The notes beneath the pieces are model-generated. The model was not told the DNA's origin and did not search any database. It saw nothing but the letters and a program-made list of their open reading frames with translations. A DNA stretch of 64,000 bases from an uncultured Gemmatimonadales bacterium (GTDB lineage Bacteria; Gemmatimonadota; Gemmatimonadetes; Gemmatimonadales; GWC2-71-9). Of this stretch, positions 59,899 to 64,000 are shown one piece after another. The stretch lies in assembly GCA_963748815.1 (NCBI GenBank), contig CAVVKJ010000007.1:31173-95172 (forward strand), read 5' to 3'. Every line of letters starts with the position of its first letter. The first letter of the stretch is position 1. Made by a program: the position numbers and the translations under genes.

Positions 59899-60528
59899 TC
59901 AGTCCTTCCAGATGAGCATCATGAGCCAACTCGCGGTGGCCACGCTCATCGACGCGATCGCCACGTTCTGGTGCTGCTGCCGTGCATCGTACGACGACTC
60001 AGCCTGGCTGGAGAGCACGCCGGTGTAGACGAACCCAGCGTCGGCGATGAACATCAACGCGGAGTGGATGTATCGGCGGGTGCGCCCGGCGGGGTCCTTC
60101 CGGCTGTCCCAGAGATTCCACGCACCGGTGACCGTGTTCACGGCGAACACGGCGGCCAGCGCGGTAGCGGTCGGGCCGTGGATGTCCTTGGCCCAACTGG
60201 GCGCGGCGTCGCCGTACTCCATCACCTGGGTGCCGCTGGCATACTGCAGGGCAAAGAGCGGAAGCATCGTCCAGCTGAGGATCTTGTGGATCTTCAGCCG
60301 GGTGTAGTACCCGTCGCTGTACTCCACCGCCGTCGCCCTCCGCTTGGTCGTGTCCTGCCAGGATTCCGGACCGGACCCGAGCCCGATCGCATCGGGAAGG
60401 AGCGCAGCCGGGATCAGGACCGGGGCGACGATGGGAGCCGGCGCGGCTTGTACCGTATCCGTGGCAGGAGCAGAGAGTGCGGTCGGGAGTGTGAGGAGAA
60501 GAAGCGCCACGACATCCTGCATAGGCAT
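59899..60528 (-). CDS. Signal peptide plus four-TM protein with one His per helix (putative di-heme cytochrome b561-like)
   Basis: LKIHKIL, DIHGPT, YIHSAL and QQHQNV each precede a hydrophobic helix. Confidence 0.6.
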   Translation of the reverse strand: MPMQDVVALLLLTLPTALSAPATDTVQAAPAPIVAPVLIPAALLPDAIGLGSGPESWQDTTKRRATAVEYSDGYYTRLKIHKILSWTMLPLFALQYASGTQVMEYGDAAPSWAKDIHGPTATALAAVFAVNTVTGAWNLWDSRKDPAGRTRRYIHSALMFIADAGFVYTGVLSSQAESSYDARQQHQNVAIASMSVATASWLMMLIWKD

Positions 60529-60942
60529 CCGGGAGAATGGGATGCCCAGAGGAGGGCAACCGGAGTGCCATCTGGTTGCTACGACTTATGTTGTTGTTTT
60601 GTAACCACTTACTGATTGTCGCGAGGACGGTTCAGTGGTACGTCCCGATCCATCTGCATCGGTGCGATACATACAATCCGTTCCACCACCCCAACCGACT
60701 GAATGACCAGCCCCGAAGATGTGTCTGCCGGCTCACTCAAATCAATGTGAGCAAGTGCTCATTTCTTAGCCTGTTCGACCATCATCTGTCGCTGGCTACC
60801 AGCCAGGATCGAAATGCCTCCATAAGAGGTAGAACAATTAAATAACTATACATCAACAACTTACGCCTGATTACCTGATGTGTGTTATTAGACATTAAGC
60901 AAGTGAGCATACACTCGCATACACCAAGAGGTCGATATCGAC

Positions 60943-62040
60943 TCATTTCGATGGTGGACTGCCCCCACTGGATGGATCCGTCACGGGGCGCAGTTCGAAT
61001 TCGGTGTCACCCATCCTGAAGGTGAGCTTGGCCGGTCGTCCATCGCTTCCCTCGCCGACCGTGAGCGTCGCGGCGGTGCTGGCAAACGCGTACTCAGTGA
61101 GAGAGAGCGGAATCAGCGCCTGCCATCGACCCTCGGGCAGGTTCACCCGGAGCGCACCGGCCACCTTCGAGATGACCAAGACAAACCCGCCGTTTGCGTA
61201 GGTGCCGAGCAGCTTGTCCAAGACCCCAGCAGGCACCTTCGCTGCGGTCGGGGAGGGAGGGGGCGCAGCCACCGGCGTCTCCGTCAGTTCCCGGACCCAG
61301 ATGTTCCGGTACCGGACCGGATTGCCGTGGTCCTGCAGCCCGATCGGACCCTTCGGGGCACCGACAACGTAGGGATTCGCCTGCAGCCAGTTGGTCGGCC
61401 CCCAGAATACGGCGTTGTCCTGGATCAGGACCCCATTCTGAAAAGCCGTCATCCGTGCGGGATTCAGAAGCACGCCTGCCGAGTCGAACCGCGGGCGGTG
61501 GAAGATGATGTCGTAGGACTGCCAGATCGCCGGGGGCAGAGAAGCGTTCACCAGCGGCGGGTACTGGCCATACGCCGCCCCCGCCTGACCATCCGGATAG
61601 GTGTCGTTGTGGTAGGAGTCGAGCACCTGCAACTCATAGCTGCCCATGAGGAACACGCCGCTGTTCCCCCGGCCCTGCCCCGTGTCCTTCGGGGGAGTCG
61701 GTGCCGCCCATTCCACGTGCAGCTGGACGTCGCCGAACTCCTGTCGCGAGAACACATACCCCGCCCCCGGAACGGCCTCCATCGCGCCGTCGCGCACCAC
61801 CCACCCTGCCGGTTCACCGTTGCCGTTCCGCCAGGCGCCGACCCCCGAGCCATCGAAGAGCACCACGGCGTCGGAGGGTGGGGGCAGAGGCACGGCCGCC
61901 TGTCCCGGCGTCACGACAGGGGGGCGCGGCCGGGTGAGATCGTGGGCCCGCCAGCCGGAAGGGGTCTGGGCAAGGACGAGCGACGGAATACCGAGCGCCG
62001 TCAGTGCCGCCAGGGACGGGAACAGGGACCGGGTCATCAT
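60943..62040 (-). CDS. DUF1080 (3-keto-disaccharide hydrolase-like) exported protein with extra C-terminal domain
   Basis: PPSDAVVLFDG, LHVEW, GNSGVF, YELQVLD, WQSYDI, LQDHG.PVRYRNIW. Confidence 0.88.
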   Translation of the reverse strand: MMTRSLFPSLAALTALGIPSLVLAQTPSGWRAHDLTRPRPPVVTPGQAAVPLPPPSDAVVLFDGSGVGAWRNGNGEPAGWVVRDGAMEAVPGAGYVFSRQEFGDVQLHVEWAAPTPPKDTGQGRGNSGVFLMGSYELQVLDSYHNDTYPDGQAGAAYGQYPPLVNASLPPAIWQSYDIIFHRPRFDSAGVLLNPARMTAFQNGVLIQDNAVFWGPTNWLQANPYVVGAPKGPIGLQDHGNPVRYRNIWVRELTETPVAAPPPSPTAAKVPAGVLDKLLGTYANGGFVLVISKVAGALRVNLPEGRWQALIPLSLTEYAFASTAATLTVGEGSDGRPAKLTFRMGDTEFELRPVTDPSSGGSPPSK

Positions 62041-62490
62041 GATTCCTCCGCGGGACGTCGGGCAATCAGCTCCACGAACTCTCCCTCCTGCACCACTTCA
62101 CCCCGCTGGTTCTTCAACTCGGCGGCCAGCGTGACCAGTCCGCGCGCCGGGTTGCCAGTCGCCCGTCGGGAGGCCACCCGAAGGTGGAGGGTCACGCGGT
62201 CCCCATAGTAGATGGCCCCCCGAAACCGCCACGAGATTCCGACCAGCGCGACGAGTGTCCCCCTGGTGAGCTCCAACTGATTGGCGAGGCCGGTCGCCAC
62301 GGACAGTCCCAGCGCCCCGTGGGCAATCGGGCCCTCGAACCCCGCCCTCATCGGCCGCTTCCCGGTCCAGGTGAATCGGATTTCGGTCGCCCGAGACCTC
62401 CGCGAAGGCCCTCACGTCAGCCTCGGAAACGACCCGGGCGGAGGTCACGAACTCCCCCGCCTCCTCAAAGTCCTCGAAATACATCCCCAT
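62037..62490 (-). CDS. MaoC family dehydratase, frameshift near 62350
   Basis: YFEDF...FAEVSGDRNPIHLD in one frame. IAHGAL..WRF...YYGD in the next. Confidence 0.85.
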
Positions 62491-62532
62491 CGATGTCTCC
62501 TGGCGTCAGGATCTGCTGTACGCTTTGCGGCC

Positions 62533-62592
62533 TTGACAGGACAAGTATGTCACTGCATTATCGTTCGTAGCAAGAGTGTTATATGTCACTCT
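62533..62592 (+). promoter_or_regulatory. paaX promoter with candidate operator
   Basis: TTGACA-17 nt-CATTAT (62533-62561). Palindrome AGAGTG-N8-CACTCT (62573-62592). Direct repeat TATGTCACT at 62546 and 62582. Confidence 0.65.
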
Positions 62593-62611
62593 CCACACGG
62601 GCGTTTCCAAT

Positions 62612-63499
62612 ATGGCACGTAGGTCGGCTCCCAGCCTTCGCTCCCAGGATCTCGTCTTCACCCTCTTCGGCGACTACTTGCTGGAGCGGGAGCGCCCCGT
62701 CTGGACTGGGGGGCTGATCACCCTCCTCGGCGAGCTCGGGCTTTCCCCGATGGCGGTGCGGACGGTCCTCTCCCGAATGACCCGAAAGGGCTGGCTCACC
62801 GCCGAGCGCCTGGGAACCCGGAGCTGGTACGGGTTGACGGCCAAGGGGAGGAAACTGCTCGAGTCTGGCCGCGAGCGCATCTACCACCCCGCCTCGGACG
62901 CGGCCTGGGACGGCGACTGGTCTGTCGTGGTCTTTTCGGTGCCGGAAGCCCGCCGCCGGCTTCGCGACGCCCTTCGGGTCCGGCTGGCCTGGCTCGGGTG
63001 CGGTCCGCTCACCAGCGGTGTGTGGATCACGCCCCACGACGTGCGCGCAGAAATCCTCGAGATTGCGGCGGACCTCAAGCTCGGGAAGAATCTCGAGATT
63101 TTCCGGGGCGCCCACCTGGCCCACTCGACCCCCGAGCGGCTGGTCGCGCAGTGCTGGGACCTGGCGGAGCTCGATCGCCGCTACGCCGCGTTCATCGCCC
63201 GCTGGAGCCGTGAGTTCGAGCACTGCCGCCAGTGCGGCATGACCGGGGCCAAGGCGGGGATCCACACGCCGTGCACCGCGCCCGCCGACTGCTTCCGGCG
63301 GCGGTTCCTCCTGGTGCACGAGTACCGGGCCTTCCCGCTCGAGGACCCCTACCTCCCGAGCGCCCTCCTGCCCGCCGGCTGGCATGGGGAGAAGGCGGCG
63401 CGGCTCTTCGAAAGCTATCACGATGTGCTGGCGGGCCCCGCCGAGGGGTACGTGGCCGGCGTGTGCGCCGAAGGCGACGAAATCGTCGCCGCCGCCTGA
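62612..63499 (+). CDS. paaX: PaaX family transcriptional regulator
   Basis: LVFTLFGDY, AVRTVLSRM..KGWL, WDGDW, LAWLG, WDLAEL, DPYLPSALLPAGW. Confidence 0.92.
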   Translation: MARRSAPSLRSQDLVFTLFGDYLLERERPVWTGGLITLLGELGLSPMAVRTVLSRMTRKGWLTAERLGTRSWYGLTAKGRKLLESGRERIYHPASDAAWDGDWSVVVFSVPEARRRLRDALRVRLAWLGCGPLTSGVWITPHDVRAEILEIAADLKLGKNLEIFRGAHLAHSTPERLVAQCWDLAELDRRYAAFIARWSREFEHCRQCGMTGAKAGIHTPCTAPADCFRRRFLLVHEYRAFPLEDPYLPSALLPAGWHGEKAARLFESYHDVLAGPAEGYVAGVCAEGDEIVAAA

Positions 63500-63529
63500 C
63501 GCTGCGATTCATCCACCGAGGACAAGCCG

Positions 63530-64000
63530 ATGCGTGAATTCGATTCCCGGGACGCCGCTTCGTTCGACTTCGCCGAGGTAGGGTACCACAAGGCGGACTG
63601 GGTGGCCACCGTCACCATCAACCGTCCGCACAACTACAACGCGTACAGCACCGCCGCGCTCCGTGAGCTGGCCACCGCGGTCCAGGACGCCTCCTTCGAT
63701 GACGCCATCGGCGTCATCGTGGTCACCGGCGCCGGCACCTCCGCCTTTTGCACCGGTGGCGACGTCAAGGAATATGAGGAAGCGTACACCAGCCGTCCGC
63801 GCGACTACTGGAAGTACATGGGACTCTTCCGCGCCTGGATCGAGAGCCTGGTCAACGCGGGGAAGCCGGTCATCGCCCGGATCAACGGCATGGCGGCCGG
63901 CGGCGGCAACGAGTCGCAGCTGGCCTGCGACCTCGCCGTCATGGCGGAGCATGCCTGGATCGGGCAGGTGGGCACCCGGGTCGGGAGCGTGGCGGCCGGC
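63530..64000 (+). CDS. Crotonase-family ring-opening hydrolase, 6-oxocyclohex-1-ene-1-carbonyl-CoA hydrolase (Oah/BamA)-like; partial
   Basis: Absent from the ORF track. Manual translation: ..INRPHNYNAYS..TGAGTSAFCTGGDVKEYEEAYTSRPRDYWKYMGLF..KPVIARINGMAAGGGNE..ACD..GQVGTRVGS. Confidence 0.75.
   Translation, partial: MREFDSRDAASFDFAEVGYHKADWVATVTINRPHNYNAYSTAALRELATAVQDASFDDAIGVIVVTGAGTSAFCTGGDVKEYEEAYTSRPRDYWKYMGLFRAWIESLVNAGKPVIARINGMAAGGGNESQLACDLAVMAEHAWIGQVGTRVGSVAAG

Noticed and set aside
60537-60845. 102 aa ORF in the AT-rich gap
   Set aside because: Atypical codon usage, no SD or recognisable motif. Probably non-coding.
1-64000. tRNA, rRNA, integrase, transposase, prophage or defence genes
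   Set aside because: None was recognised by eye in the intergenic gaps or ORFs. tRNAscan/Infernal were not run.

Overview
High-GC (roughly 70%) bacterial chromosomal segment. Gene content and style suggest Gemmatimonadota (inference). About nine genes carry single-base frameshifts, pointing to an unpolished long-read assembly. Contents in order: phaR divergent from an N-terminally extended class I HMG-CoA reductase and xdhC; an arginine operon (argG-[P-loop/DUF1611-like gene]-argC-argD-argF'-argB-argE-argH-argR) that lacks argA/argJ and has an N-succinylornithine-type transcarbamylase; an HDAC with a GNAT-like tail; transport and housekeeping genes; a Cyc2-like cytochrome-porin plus monoheme cytochrome c; a YtrA/ABC and ECF/anti-sigma envelope-stress island; a Ser/Thr kinase, SARP-AAA and hybrid kinase cluster; tesA-ybbAP; a plant/chlamydial-type fabI; a caa3-type oxidase operon; peptidases; greA with a terminator leader; a four-gene module of a cytochrome b561-like protein, a membrane protein and two Tat Rieske proteins; and the start of a PaaX-regulated aromatic-CoA cluster with an Oah/BamA-like hydrolase. 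No rRNA, tRNA, CRISPR array or transposase was recognised. Best candidates for undescribed biology are the orphan gene in the argA slot of the arg operon, the twin-Rieske/cytochrome b module, the Cyc2-like pair and the PhaR-linked HMGR. All family assignments are from motif recognition by eye, not database searches.
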